A model generated the notes under the pieces. That model was not told the origin of the DNA. It saw nothing but the letters and a program-made list of their open reading frames with translations, and made no database searches. Shown in pieces: positions 10,123 to 20,737 of a stretch of 64,000 bases of DNA. Source of the stretch: Nitrospirota bacterium (lineage in GTDB: Bacteria > Nitrospirota > UBA9217); the NCBI GenBank assembly GCA_963737155.1, contig CAVTRN010000001.1:1472001-1536000 (forward strand). Reading direction: 5' to 3'. A program made the position numbers and the translations under genes. Each line of letters opens with the position of its first letter. The stretch's first letter is position 1.

Positions 10123-11073
10123 ATCAGACGCACTAATGAGATCTGCTGCAGACACCCGTACTCCTTTCTGGGGGATTCTCTTGCCATTTACTCTGACTCC
10201 GTCTTTTAGAAGGTGATCCAGAGTTTCTATGCTCAGGCAAAGCTCACCATATGCGATCGCCTAGATTTTCGAGGCATCGTTTACAGGTGGTCCGATGTAG
10301 TCAAATCGCCCCAGAATATATAGCTGTGCAACTTGGCCAACCGTGACACCGCAGCCGCCAGCAAGATCGTCTGGAATATGTTTCGCGCCATTATCGACAG
10401 TTTCTGCACATGCCAAACAGAACGCCTTCACGTGACCCGCTTGAAATCCGCCGTCGTGCACGGCTGGAACCGAGCCATAACGTCCGGCTTCGGACACAAC
10501 CATAAGGCCATCCCCTGTCCCCTTTGCGAAAACCTGTTTGCATCGAGATCGATAGAAAGCGTCCTGAAATGAATGTTCGAAGATCTCAATAGTTATCTGA
10601 ACCAGCTTGGGATCCTGTTTCGCCGACCAATTTGTAAAACCGCGCAGATCGAAAAATGCGATCAGTGCGGAACAGCCTCGTGCGCGCTCGTCTATGGACT
10701 CCCATTTTGCCACAGGATATCCTACATTATCACCACCCTCAAAGGCCTCCCAGACCGCCAAGCCCTGCTCGTAGACCTGATAGCGACCGTGCGATGCCGA
10801 ACCGAGGAAGTACTCTCGGAAGGCTGGCAGCCATTTTAAAGCGGGGACCATTTTACCCAGAGCACCAAAGAACGGGATGCTTGTGCCGTCAGATATCAGA
10901 AGGATGCCCTCATAGTCGCGGTCTGGATAGCTTGCAAACAGTCTCCACTTGGGAGGTGGCGGAAAATAGGGGTCTCGTTCGACCATGTGCCTGGCAAGTG
11001 ATCGCTGTTGTCGTCGATGAATATCGTCAACAGCCGCTTTGCCTCCTTTTCGTCCATGGATATCGTCCCCCAT
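10123..11073 (-). pseudogene. Class III nucleotide cyclase in a gene cassette, disrupted
   Basis: FFDLRGFT, GDGLMVV, YIGPPVNDASKI motifs. TAG right after SKI with plausible coding sequence continuing. Probable 5' frameshift. GTTAGAC core site at 11085-11091. Confidence 0.7.
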
Positions 11074-11158
11074 TTCTCGCTTGCGTCTAACATTTAATTC
11101 ATGTCAGGCGGCATTTTCCCCACAACACCCGAGATGCTTCCAAAGTACTCTGTAACGT

Positions 11159-11430
11159 TTACAATTGCATCGTCGCCAAGGGAGGCAGTTTCCTCTCGCA
11201 ATTCCATGTCATCAGCATCACCCGAACGAGGTGCCCCCATATTGAATGAACTTTATCCGCACTGACATGGCCCATTTTCTCGAAAGGTGTTGTCGGTTTA
11301 TCTGTCAGATAATTCTTCACTGCATCAGGGCGCGTCGCGGGAAACTGTTTGTTAGTAACCGCTACACGTCCAGTTGCACATCCCATCGCTAAAAACAATG
11401 CCAACGCTGAACTGCATAATTACTAAATCT
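11159..11430 (-). pseudogene. Small lipoprotein, probably decayed
   Basis: LAMGC lipobox. Reading quality deteriorates toward the 3' end. Confidence 0.4.
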
Positions 11431-11485
11431 ATAAGCGTCCACGGGCAAATCTCTTCTCTATAACCTATCATTTTTATAAAAAAAA

Positions 11486-11523
11486 ACAACAAGGGATTCC
11501 CTATTTATTGCTTCGATATCCCG
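11486..11523 (-). promoter_or_regulatory. Regulon box A with promoter
   Basis: Minus strand CGGGATATCGAAGCAATAAATAGGGAATCCCTTGTTG, followed by TGA-TAGGTT. Confidence 0.6.
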
Positions 11524-11681
11524 GGGGGGAGAAACATGATAATGTCTGTAGTACGTAACCGAATTACGTCGGTTGTGGGCTCTTGAGCCCTCCAGTGTCG
11601 AACCCTACGCGTCATATTAAGCGAGACTAAATAACCACGCCACGTCAATAATTACCAAAAAATAACACCAGGGTTCAGAAA

Positions 11682-11724
11682 TTGCAATCGGTGATTCCCT
11701 GGATTTGGCCACATTTTCCCTTGG
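11682..11724 (-). promoter_or_regulatory. Regulon box B with promoter
   Basis: Minus strand CAAGGGAAAATGTGGCCAAATCCAGGGAATCACCGA-TTGCAA-17nt-TATTTT. Confidence 0.6.
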
Positions 11725-11868
11725 TTAGGGAAAAGCGTATTGCGTTCATCGCAGAGAGGGTAACGACTGTTTAGAAACACTGGTCTCTTTTGGTAAACAT
11801 CGCTTTATAACAAAATATCCGATATTAATCGTAAATTCGCAATAAAATACTAGGACCAATTAAATCGA

Positions 11869-11935
11869 CCCAGGGAAAAAGAAGTAAAAACCACGGGAAT
11901 CCCCGATTGAAAAATTCACGTCTTGATGATATGTT
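11869..11935 (+). promoter_or_regulatory. Regulon box C with promoter
   Basis: CCAGGGAAAAAGAAGTAAAAACCACGGGAATCCCCGA-TTGAAA-17nt-TATGTT. Confidence 0.65.
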
Positions 11936-12414
11936 CAATTAATTCAAACGATGAGCAGATTTAATAATAATAAAAGTTACGCTTCCATTTTAACCTATTT
12001 GATTATTCTGTTATTAAAAACACAATCGGTGGTCTTCTGCCGAATGTGGTGTCCCTAAGCCGCAAACGTTGGTAAACCAACTGACTAAAGCTTAAGTTCA
12101 AATTCAATAATTATTGGTGAGTCGAAAAGTTACAAACAAATGGTTATCAATGAGCTCAGCAATACGCTTTCGGATGAAAGAAAACAAGAGATAACACCAG
12201 TTTTTCTGGTGCCTAGGAAACTAAGAACATATCAAACATCCTCACTATGTCATCAGTGACGATATTTTGATGTACTCAAAAAAAAGTGATCAGGTTCCTT
12301 TTCTGACCGAAAGAACTGATCCGCCATGCGCATAGTAGTAGAAATTGATTATAAAGCCAAAGGGTTGTATGAAAGGGTTGGGCTTACCACAAATACTTAT
12401 CGAAGGAGGTTCCT

Positions 12415-13003
12415 ATGCGTCAAAGTCTTGTACTTCGCCAACAGATGTCCGACTCGATCAATGATGATATAGCAAGTCGTTAAAAAATCCATCAGAGCAA
12501 AATTGTCAGGCTCAAAACCGGCAGCGCAAGCATGATAGCCGCTGGTGCTCCGGCGGCCGTCCCGCCGTTGGTGATGCTGGCACACGGAGATTCATGGTTT
12601 GACTATCCGTTATCAGGCAATAGCTTGTCCCTTTGTAGCAAAGATATAATTGCGCAATTGGAATCTATGGGAAACATAAACCCAGTCATCATGAATGTTT
12701 CTCATCACGGCGACGCAACGACTGAAGAAATGTGCCGGGCCTTGGCTCAAGCCTTCACTTGACTGTTGCGGTTGGAATGTTGCGCAAGGCACATTGATCA
12801 TTCATCAAGCGCTAACTCTTTTTAGGAACCGGCTGTTTAATCTTGCAAGCAATCCAGCCAATAATATCATATTGGTCGAAACACAAGGAGCGCTTCAATC
12901 GGCCGATTGGGCCAATGAGTTACATCCCTATCCGAACGGTTTCAAGACGATTGCCGGTAAGTTCGTAGATGCGTTACGTCTCAAGTTCCCAGGCAGAATA
13001 TAG
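12415..13003 (+). pseudogene. SGNH/GDSL-like hydrolase, internally deleted and frameshifted
   Basis: LAHGDSWFDYP (block I) and WANELHPYPNGF (block V) lie in different frames. Confidence 0.6.
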
Positions 13004-13441
13004 TGCCTTACATTATGAGTTTTCTAATTAACTATTTTTATTGGGTAAACTGTTGGCCAACCAGTCCCTCATTTCAGGCCTTTGCGGCGAAGTCTAAAGT
13101 GGGCATTCATCAACCAAACCTAATTGGAGATAACTTTTATGTCTGGATATCGATTTGGAAAGCATCCACCGAAACATGATTATCACACCCTTCGATTGCA
13201 GAATAATCTAACGTCTGCGCTTGCGGCGCCACCTCCTTCCTACGAAGGGGGCTTCTCAATACATATTTATGATCCAAGTAGGCATGATATGCTTGCACCA
13301 GAAGTAATGGGAGACTTAATGAATAGCGATCTCTCCCAGATCTGCCAATAGAGAATTTTGTAGACAGACTGGTCACATTGCGCATTACCTGCGCGTTGTG
13401 GGCTTTATATGAGCGGTTAAAATCTTAAAAAGGAGGAAATT

Positions 13442-13837
13442 ATGCGTCATTTTAAGAAAGTATCTCTGCTTCTTGTTTTGTTTATATTAGTAATCGGCTA
13501 CGCCACCATTATTTGGGCAGCTTGTGACGCTGATTCAGACTGCAAAAACGGTCGTATATGCCGGAATGGAGTCTGCGTATCCAGTGCTAATGCCGGATGC
13601 ACGAAAGATTCTGACTGCCCAGGTGACCTCGTCTGCGAAAAAGGAAAATGCGCAAATTCTAGCGATGGGACATCTGATTTAAAATCAAACGATACATTTT
13701 ACCAACAACGGCAATTCATACCGGCAACATTTTGCTGTGATTCATTTGGCAATAGACGGTGTCCACTTATAAATCAAGTGCCTGAAGGCGCAACTTGTTT
13801 TTGCACGGGGCAAGGATGGGGGATAGCGTGCAGATGA
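13442..13837 (+). CDS. Secreted cysteine-rich protein
   Basis: AGGAGG RBS, signal peptide, two C-xx-DSDC-x4-C-x4-C repeats and a CC..C..C.C..C tail. Confidence 0.8.
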   Translation: MRHFKKVSLLLVLFILVIGYATIIWAACDADSDCKNGRICRNGVCVSSANAGCTKDSDCPGDLVCEKGKCANSSDGTSDLKSNDTFYQQRQFIPATFCCDSFGNRRCPLINQVPEGATCFCTGQGWGIACR

Positions 13838-14295
13838 GAAAGTTTATAAAATATTATATAGCCATATGTATTATTACCTGTACCAAAGCATTTGCTGAGT
13901 CATCAAATGCAGTTCCTTCTCAAGCTTTGCAGAGCCAAATGCAGATGATGTCAGGCCCAACTCTGCCAGTTTCTTATTGGATTCCAGTATTTTTAATAAT
14001 ATTGGGTGGTTTGGTGATCTGGGTTCAATACAAATACTTATTAACAGTAAAGCCAAATCCTGATGTTTCACTACCCTCTTTTACACTGACGCTTATAATT
14101 ACTGGGACTCTTGTCATAGTCTCAACCGGTATGAACGAAAAAATTCTTGGTACTGCTGTGGGGTTGTTTGGCACGATTGCTGGATATGTTTTGGGGCGTG
14201 CAACACATGGTGGTCATAAAACAGAAGAAGACTTGAATAAGGAAACAAACAATCCAAAAATAGAAGTGAGTAAAATAGGTACGACCCCCGCTTAA
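13834..14295 (+). CDS. Membrane protein, hypothetical
   Basis: ATGA overlap with the upstream gene. Signal peptide plus three TM segments, GLFGTIAGYVLG. Confidence 0.7.
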   Translation: MRKFIKYYIAICIITCTKAFAESSNAVPSQALQSQMQMMSGPTLPVSYWIPVFLIILGGLVIWVQYKYLLTVKPNPDVSLPSFTLTLIITGTLVIVSTGMNEKILGTAVGLFGTIAGYVLGRATHGGHKTEEDLNKETNNPKIEVSKIGTTPA

Positions 14296-14767
14296 TTAAC
14301 AGCAAATTAAAGAAAACAGCGTTGTCACAGGCTGAGCAGAGCAAAACTCGACACTATGATTAGGGTCTCGGGCGATGAACCCACCCAGCTCCTCACGCCT
14401 GCGTTCAAGTGCAAGATACAACCGGTATGCTTATTTCTACTTCTGTTACAGGATGGATAGGCGCATATTGCGCTCGAACGGTTATCTAGCTCATATAGCG
14501 TGCTTCATCTTGGTATTTATCCGTCACAACAATTTTGAATAACCTGCCGGTGCCACTTCACGGCTTGTGCCAGTAGTTAGGCAAGTTTAAGGAGATAAAC
14601 CGCCAGATTTAAAAGCCGGAATGGGTGTTTACACCAGATTTTGTATCGATTTACAAATTCACTCCAATATGGGTTCTGTTCTTGTCTGCGAGCAGGATAT
14701 TTCATCTATTTTTTGCTTAGTTAATAGGATTAATCCGTTTCTTAGCATATTAAAAGGAGAGAAATTT

Positions 14768-15724
14768 ATGAACTCACGTTGGCTAATTGCGATCATGCTG
14801 CTAATTTCTAGCTGTGCCACTACAGATCCCAGTGCTGTGACGAGTTTTTCGGCATTGGCGCCGGACGCAAGTAAACTGCATAGCCTAACGACGGCCTATG
14901 CAGATGCGCCAAATCAGCTAAGAGCTCTCAATGTCCTAAACTACACGGCAATGTCTGCTGACGCAACTGCGGAGCAGGTGAAAGCCCGCAATGCTCAGGT
15001 GGCCCAAATTGACGCGTTACATGCGATTCTTGTCAATTACATGCAGTCACTGGGTGCATTGGCAAATAACAGCCTGGTCCAGACAAGCACTGATACCAAG
15101 GACGTGACCGATGGTCTCACCGCGTTGTCGAAGGCCAACCCGAATCTTGGTCTTACCTCAAGTATGATTGCAGGCATAGGGGACCTTGCTAACTTACTGG
15201 CAGATGCGTCGACATCGTTTTACCGTCAGGATCAACTTACCAGTATCATCGGGAAATCCCAAGCGCCTTTTCAGCAATTGGTAGCAGCGGAAAAAAAAAT
15301 TGTTTCGGAAGGAGTAATAAAGGAACTGCAGCTTGTCGAGGACAAGACCAAGGCTCTAGCGGAAGTAACGCACGCTTTGCAGGTTAATGCTGCTGCAGAA
15401 GCTGCAAAATCAAAGTCTCCTGAAGAAGGGGCTACCGGCGTGGAAGCCTTAAATCGCCAATTGCAGGGTACCGGCGCGACAGACATCGCATCGCTGTACC
15501 TTCTGCAACAGTCGATCACCTCAAATCTTAACAATCTCGATATCCAAATCAAAGCTGCAACTGCCTATCTCACGGCCCTCAACAAAATTGCTGATGCGCA
15601 TACGGTACTTTACAAGAATAGGGAGAATCTCCTAAGTAAAGAAGGCGCAAAGACCGCAATCTCGCAGCTTACTCCGCTGGTGAAAGACGCCAATGCGGCA
15701 CTTAAGGCTATGAAAAATATGTAA
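14768..15724 (+). CDS. Alpha-helical lipoprotein (about 318 aa)
   Basis: AAAGGAG RBS before ATG 14768. Lipobox ISSC. Ala/Leu-rich amphipathic helices. Confidence 0.8.
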   Translation: MNSRWLIAIMLLISSCATTDPSAVTSFSALAPDASKLHSLTTAYADAPNQLRALNVLNYTAMSADATAEQVKARNAQVAQIDALHAILVNYMQSLGALANNSLVQTSTDTKDVTDGLTALSKANPNLGLTSSMIAGIGDLANLLADASTSFYRQDQLTSIIGKSQAPFQQLVAAEKKIVSEGVIKELQLVEDKTKALAEVTHALQVNAAAEAAKSKSPEEGATGVEALNRQLQGTGATDIASLYLLQQSITSNLNNLDIQIKAATAYLTALNKIADAHTVLYKNRENLLSKEGAKTAISQLTPLVKDANAALKAMKNM

Positions 15725-15757
15725 CCTACAAATAAATTTAGACTAGGAGATATATTC

Positions 15758-16147
15758 ATGGACATAACAGAACTAGCTGATGCATGCCAATCGTTGGCTG
15801 AAAATTTGGATGGAGAACGGGCCAAATTGAATTATGAAGGGCCACAGGCAATTAAACTTGGGGAATTGTCGTCTAATCTCATCTCCCAAGCAAGCACTCT
15901 GAGGACACTAGCAGTTGCACAGGCCATAACCGGTAGTACAGGTGCAATGACAGCGCTTACTAATGGCACGGATGCAGCTAAGAAGGCGGCAGGAAAGCTA
16001 AAGGATGCTGCAACGGCGATTCAGATTGCCGGTCTTATCCTATCACTTGGGGCGGCAGTTATTTCGGAGAATCCAGGCGCCGTAATTTCAGTGGGAAGCG
16101 GTCTCGTGACAGCTTTAAATAACTTGCGACTAATGGATAATTATTAA
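15758..16147 (+). CDS. Small Ala-rich helical protein with hydrophobic C-terminal hairpin
   Basis: AGGAG RBS. Co-oriented with the lipoprotein gene. Confidence 0.75.
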   Translation: MDITELADACQSLAENLDGERAKLNYEGPQAIKLGELSSNLISQASTLRTLAVAQAITGSTGAMTALTNGTDAAKKAAGKLKDAATAIQIAGLILSLGAAVISENPGAVISVGSGLVTALNNLRLMDNY

Positions 16148-16191
16148 GAACTTATTATATCTTTTCACAATGTCTATCCAACTAAAGATTA

Positions 16192-16397
16192 GTACGTTCT
16201 GAAGTTCATTGCGAAATTGCTGGACGAGCACGGTTGTACAGTTTATTCATGCCAGAACGCCGGCGACTCCATCAAAAGATCGAGAAAATCCGCTTCGATG
16301 TAATGTAGTCCTGACCGATATAAGGATGCCCAAGGTCACCGGCATCGAGCTTTTGCAGAACATACACATCTACAATTAGGAGATTCCGGTGATCCTA
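16192..16397 (+). pseudogene. Degenerate partial duplicate of the receiver domain of the downstream HD-GYP gene
   Basis: Near-copy of about 16934-17133 with indels and stops. Confidence 0.85.
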
Positions 16398-16720
16398 TGG
16401 TCGTTTCTGAAGCCCCCTTCCCTGATTGATATATTGGACTGGGAAACGTATATCAGGTTAGCATTGCGGCACCCACTCTACAGATCAATACTAAATAACG
16501 AAAAAGAGATATTTGGTGCTTCTCTCCGATATTTTTGGGATAGTAATAAACAGGCCATAGGATCGACTCCAGTTGATACATTCATGTGGTGATACAGAAG
16601 AGGGTGTATTCTGGTCCAATTCAGAAAGCCATTCCGCTGCAATTCATATCTTTCTAATTGATGCCCGAGGTCCCTCCTCTTATATATATCTGTAACAGTT
16701 GCTTAATTTAATAACCATTA

Positions 16721-16786
16721 CCTAGGGAAATCGAAGCAAAAAATAGGGAAACCCCAATTGCCTTTGTTCATCTAAAATGTTAGTTT
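16721..16786 (+). promoter_or_regulatory. Regulon box D with promoter of the HD-GYP gene
   Basis: CCTAGGGAAATCGAAGCAAAAAATAGGGAAACCCCAA-TTGCCT-17nt-TAGTTT. Confidence 0.65.
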
Positions 16787-16886
16787 TTGTAAAATGTCTC
16801 TATTTAGTATCTGTAGTGGCATCTTTACTCTAAAGAAGACTATATTGCCCTGAGCTCTTGATAAAAGTTAGGTAGGTTCTGGTTAA

Positions 16887-17960
16887 ATGACCGATGAGAT
16901 GAAAAGTACAATTCTGATTGTCGATGACGACCCGTATGTTCTGAAGTCCATTGCGAAGTTGCTGGAAGAACACGGCTATACAGTTTATTCATGCCAGAAT
17001 GCCGGCGACGCTATCAAAATGGTCGAGAAAGTTCTTTTTGATTTGGTCCTCACCGATATAAGGATGCCCAAGGTCACCGGCATCGAGCTTTTGAAGAACA
17101 TACATACCTACAATCAGGAGATTCCGGTGATCCTGATGACGGCCTTTGCTGAGCTGGACGTTGCCGTTGATGCGATAAAATGCGGCGCTTTCGATTTCAT
17201 CATGAAACCCTACAAACCCGACAATCTCCTGAATGCTGTGGACAAGGCGGTTAAATACAGGCGGTTTGCAGAAATGGAGAGAAATTATAAGGTAACTCTG
17301 GAAGACACGGTACGGTTACGGACGCGGGAACTGGCGGACGCTCTCAGTCTGGTCAAAAATATGAGCGAGGAGATCATCCGGCGTTTGACGGCGGTGGCGG
17401 AATATCGCGACACGGACACCGGAGCCCACATTACCAGGACAGGCATTTATTCATGCAAGCTCGCCGGAGCTCTCGGCAAGCCGTCAGATTTCATCGATGC
17501 GATGGCCTTCGCTGCTCCTATGCATGACCTAGGTAAGATCGGGATACCCGATAATATCCTTCTGAAACCGGGAGCTCTAACCCCGGAAGAGTTTGAAGTC
17601 ATGAAAAGCCACACGACCATCGGAGAGAAGATGCTGACGGGCTCGTCCTATCCCGCAATCCGTTTTGCCGCGTCAATTGCGCTGTCCCACCATGAACGGT
17701 GGGACGGCAAAGGGTATCCCCGGGGGCTCAAGGGAGAAGAAATTCCCATCGAAGGAAGAATCGTTATGCTGGTTGACCAATACGACGCTCTCAGAAGCAA
17801 ACGGCCGTACAAACCCGCATTTGATCATGAAAAAGCCTACAAGATCATTACCGAGGGAAACGGGAAGACCAATCCCGGACATTTCGATCCCTCCGTGCTT
17901 CAGGCTTTTAAGGAAGTCGGGCCACTTTTTTCTGAAATATTTGAGTCCCACCAGGATTAA
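16887..17960 (+). CDS. REC-HD-GYP response regulator, c-di-GMP phosphodiesterase (RpfG family)
   Basis: [16 protein letters not shown] receiver motifs. [18 protein letters not shown] and RPYK. Confidence 0.93.
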   Translation: MTDEMKSTILIVDDDPYVLKSIAKLLEEHGYTVYSCQNAGDAIKMVEKVLFDLVLTDIRMPKVTGIELLKNIHTYNQEIPVILMTAFAELDVAVDAIKCGAFDFIMKPYKPDNLLNAVDKAVKYRRFAEMERNYKVTLEDTVRLRTRELADALSLVKNMSEEIIRRLTAVAEYRDTDTGAHITRTGIYSCKLAGALGKPSDFIDAMAFAAPMHDLGKIGIPDNILLKPGALTPEEFEVMKSHTTIGEKMLTGSSYPAIRFAASIALSHHERWDGKGYPRGLKGEEIPIEGRIVMLVDQYDALRSKRPYKPAFDHEKAYKIITEGNGKTNPGHFDPSVLQAFKEVGPLFSEIFESHQD

Positions 17961-18212
17961 GGGATCCGAATTAAGTCAAATATTACACTGAAACATTGGA
18001 ACTTTGGTTGGTACCGGAAAAGCATAGCCTGTCTATCACACAGGCAGCGACACGTGTCACACTTAATAAACCGTATTTTTATCTTCCCTTATCCTAGTTT
18101 CTTCGCATCTGGCGAGAGCATCACTCTGAGTAATCAAAGTATTAAAGCGCAAGGAAAACGTCAAAGGCAGCATTAAAACATCTTATCTTATTTTATCAGA
18201 GAGGAGACATTT

Positions 18213-18503
18213 ATGTCCGTACGAATTATCTGCATCAATAAATCAGGTGGGTATCACGAGAATCCACATGAAGCAATTAGTCGTTTTGGATGGATTAATG
18301 AGCAAACAGGAGAGAGCAAGATTGCAACGAGAGAGGACATGTGGAAATGGGTCAGCGATGGAGGGGAGGCTTATGTTAAAGATGCGCGGGGGAATATAGC
18401 TCGCGTTCGGGCTAAGACGAATAGCCTTGGTACAAAATATTTGCAAACTGAGGCTGATGGAAAGCCATCGGACAATTTGCTGGCGCTTCGCGAATGTAGC
18501 TGA
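18213..18503 (+). CDS. DUF3892-family protein
   Basis: RIICINK...YLQTEADG...DNLLALREC. GAGGAG RBS. Confidence 0.8.
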   Translation: MSVRIICINKSGGYHENPHEAISRFGWINEQTGESKIATREDMWKWVSDGGEAYVKDARGNIARVRAKTNSLGTKYLQTEADGKPSDNLLALRECS

Positions 18504-18734
18504 GTAAGTTTCAATGAAAAAATAATTTAGCGGATTTTAAGGTATCTATATATTTATATTTGTTTCTAACGTTTGAACATGCTCGCCTCTTGCTATAACG
18601 AAAATATGATCGTATACCCCGTGACTGGAACGAGACGCTCTGCCCAAGAATATTCACGGCAACTCCAGCACACGTGATTGCAAAGGCGGCGAGGTCCGTT
18701 CAAACAAGATGCCCTTTCATGGAATGGAGGCTTT

Positions 18735-18960
18735 ATGCCAAAACCACAAGACGTTAATCCTTATAGTTTCGAAGTAAATGAAATTGAATACAACCTTGAC
18801 GGATTTTCTGTGGTTTGGGGTGTTTGGGAAGATGGTTCTCATCGGTGAGCAATGCGTTCGAACAGGGAAGATGAGGACCAGGGTTCCCCTAAAACAATCG
18901 GAAATACTGTCTGGTTTTTGTTGTCGCAGGAGCTCAGTTTACCATTATAGCAAACTATAG
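18735..18960 (+). pseudogene. Decayed small hypothetical gene, apparently the same family as 24387-24732
   Basis: GGAGG RBS, MPKPQDVNP...GVWEDG..(stop)AMR.N...G.P..GNTVWFLL.QEL. Confidence 0.45.
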
Positions 18961-19117
18961 GCTTTTATCAATAAGAGTACAGAATATCTGACTGATTTCT
19001 GTGAAATTCAGTGCTTGGACGAAGGCCGGAAAGATAATTAAACTTCCTTGCTATCGTGTGGAGATTCATTATTGAGCTCGAAGTCGCAAGAAATACTAGG
19101 ACAACCATTGAAACCAA

Positions 19118-19184
19118 CCTAGGGGAAAAGAGGCAAAAAACACGGGAATCCCTGATTGAATATCTCGTGTCTTGATGATATGAT
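19118..19184 (+). promoter_or_regulatory. Regulon box E with promoter (paralogous to box C)
   Basis: CCTAGGGGAAAAGAGGCAAAAAACACGGGAATCCCTGA-TTGAAT-17nt-TATGAT. Confidence 0.65.
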
Positions 19185-19221
19185 CAATTATTTCAATTTG
19201 GCGATAGCGGACCAGCCGAAT

Positions 19222-19521
19222 ATGAAAGTCATTGCGGAAGCTGAATATGGTGTGTTCGTTGTTGAGCTTCCGGTCGAGCTGCTTCCCGCCATTATTATGG
19301 ATCTTTTCATGTCAGTTTTTTATGATATCGGAGCTACGCGCCATGTTTTAGTAACTAATCCAGGAATAAATAACTTTGCGAGATTGTTGTACGTCGACAA
19401 ATATTTGATACTTGCAATGCCCGATGCGGAAGCATCGGGGTATCTCCTGAAAAAAGTATCCTCCGATTGGAGGACTACATTCAGATCTATAGCAATAAAC
19501 AACTTAAATGAGAGCACATGA
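19222..19521 (+). CDS. Hypothetical protein
   Basis: ATG 19222 lies just downstream of the box E promoter. Confidence 0.5.
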   Translation: MKVIAEAEYGVFVVELPVELLPAIIMDLFMSVFYDIGATRHVLVTNPGINNFARLLYVDKYLILAMPDAEASGYLLKKVSSDWRTTFRSIAINNLNEST

Positions 19522-19767
19522 GGATACTAATATCTCATTACAAGCTGGGGAAGATTGACGAGAATAATGTAAGGTGGGTATCCCCTTAGCTCAGGTTACC
19601 CCTATATGTAGACCTGGATCCCCGATAGTAACATTCGGCATGAAGTGCTATCGAATGAAATATTGTCACTCCAGAGGATGTAATCGAGCACCTGGTTATA
19701 AGAATATCACAACCAATTGTGGCTACCTGAGTCAAAGGGATACCCACTTAATGTAATTTGGAAATAG

Positions 19768-19830
19768 GTTTAACAACAAATTAAGCGGATGGCGCGGACA
19801 AGCCGCCTACCGCTTAATTTTACGTTACGT
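19768..19830 (+). other. Integron attC site
   Basis: GTTTAAC-aacAAATTAAGCGGA-TGGCG...CGCC-TACCGCTTAATTTtac-GTTACGT, a 63-bp palindrome followed directly by RBS and gene. Confidence 0.8.
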
Positions 19831-19851
19831 ACCTATTAAGGAGGAACCACC

Positions 19852-20160
19852 ATGCCGATCACATTAGGGAACTACGAGTTTGAAGGCCCATACAAAGATA
19901 CATCGAAAATTGAAGACCGGTCTGGGGTATACGCGATTCTCTGCCTACGTGATAAGAAGTACTTGCTCATTGACGTTGGCGAGTCAGCGACTGTACGCAG
20001 TCGCCTTGTCGGTCACGACAGAAGTGATTGTTGGAAACATAACTGCAGTGAAATGCTAGCCTACGCAATCCTTTATACGCCAAATAAGCAACAATCCGGG
20101 CGCATGGAGATTGAGCAAGAACTTCGGGAGAAATACGATCCAGTCTGTGGTAAGCGCTAG
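19852..20160 (+). CDS. GIY-YIG-like small protein (cassette gene)
   Basis: SGVYAI...IDVGES..VRSRL..H...IEQEL...P.C pattern. AAGGAGG RBS. Confidence 0.75.
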   Translation: MPITLGNYEFEGPYKDTSKIEDRSGVYAILCLRDKKYLLIDVGESATVRSRLVGHDRSDCWKHNCSEMLAYAILYTPNKQQSGRMEIEQELREKYDPVCGKR

Positions 20161-20443
20161 CTAAGGTGTCCAAACATGTGGTGGACTGTGGGCTTGCATA
20201 GATATCGAAATACTAGTCTCTTAAAAATAGGATATTAAAATAATAAAGCCTCAGTTCAACGGCCATCGGGAAAATAAAGCAAATGATCAACCGTCGTTTC
20301 TTAAGTTATCGGATAACGTAGTACACAGAAAGGCAAGGCTGATATCAAGATTAAAATGTACGCGTAGTTTACACGATATCAGCACCATATTACTGGAAAT
20401 TAATATCTAATGTGAGAGCTGTCTACTAAATGGGAGTATCATT

Positions 20444-20662
20444 ATGGGGCTGAATAGAAAATCTCTTGAGCGCATACAAATGGCGCTAGCGCTTCAAAAG
20501 GAATTAACTACGCGTTTAGAGTCCGATAATAATGAGAGTTATAAGGTTGTTTTAGATGAACTCAATGTCTGTCTCAATGCTGTTCAACAATTAAAGTCTG
20601 AAAGACATTTAGAGGTCCTTTTACCACAGGCTATAAAAAAAGCAAAAAAAATACTTGGATAA
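20444..20662 (+). CDS. Small hypothetical protein
   Basis: GGGAG RBS, helical 72 aa. Confidence 0.5.
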   Translation: MGLNRKSLERIQMALALQKELTTRLESDNNESYKVVLDELNVCLNAVQQLKSERHLEVLLPQAIKKAKKILG

Positions 20663-20737
20663 TAAAGAGATACTTGTCTAGATAGGACAGCTGCGTTGTC
20701 TTTTTAACGATGAATTGTTTCATTACTGGTTAGATAA

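Noticed and set aside
13139-13351. Intact gene starting MSGYRFGKHPPKHDY
   Set aside because: It looks like a short 5' fragment fused to unrelated sequence, too decayed to assign.
19574-19605. Extra regulon boxes (GGGTATCCCC, GGTTACCCC)
   Set aside because: They lack the AAAACT flank and the adjacent TTG -35 element.
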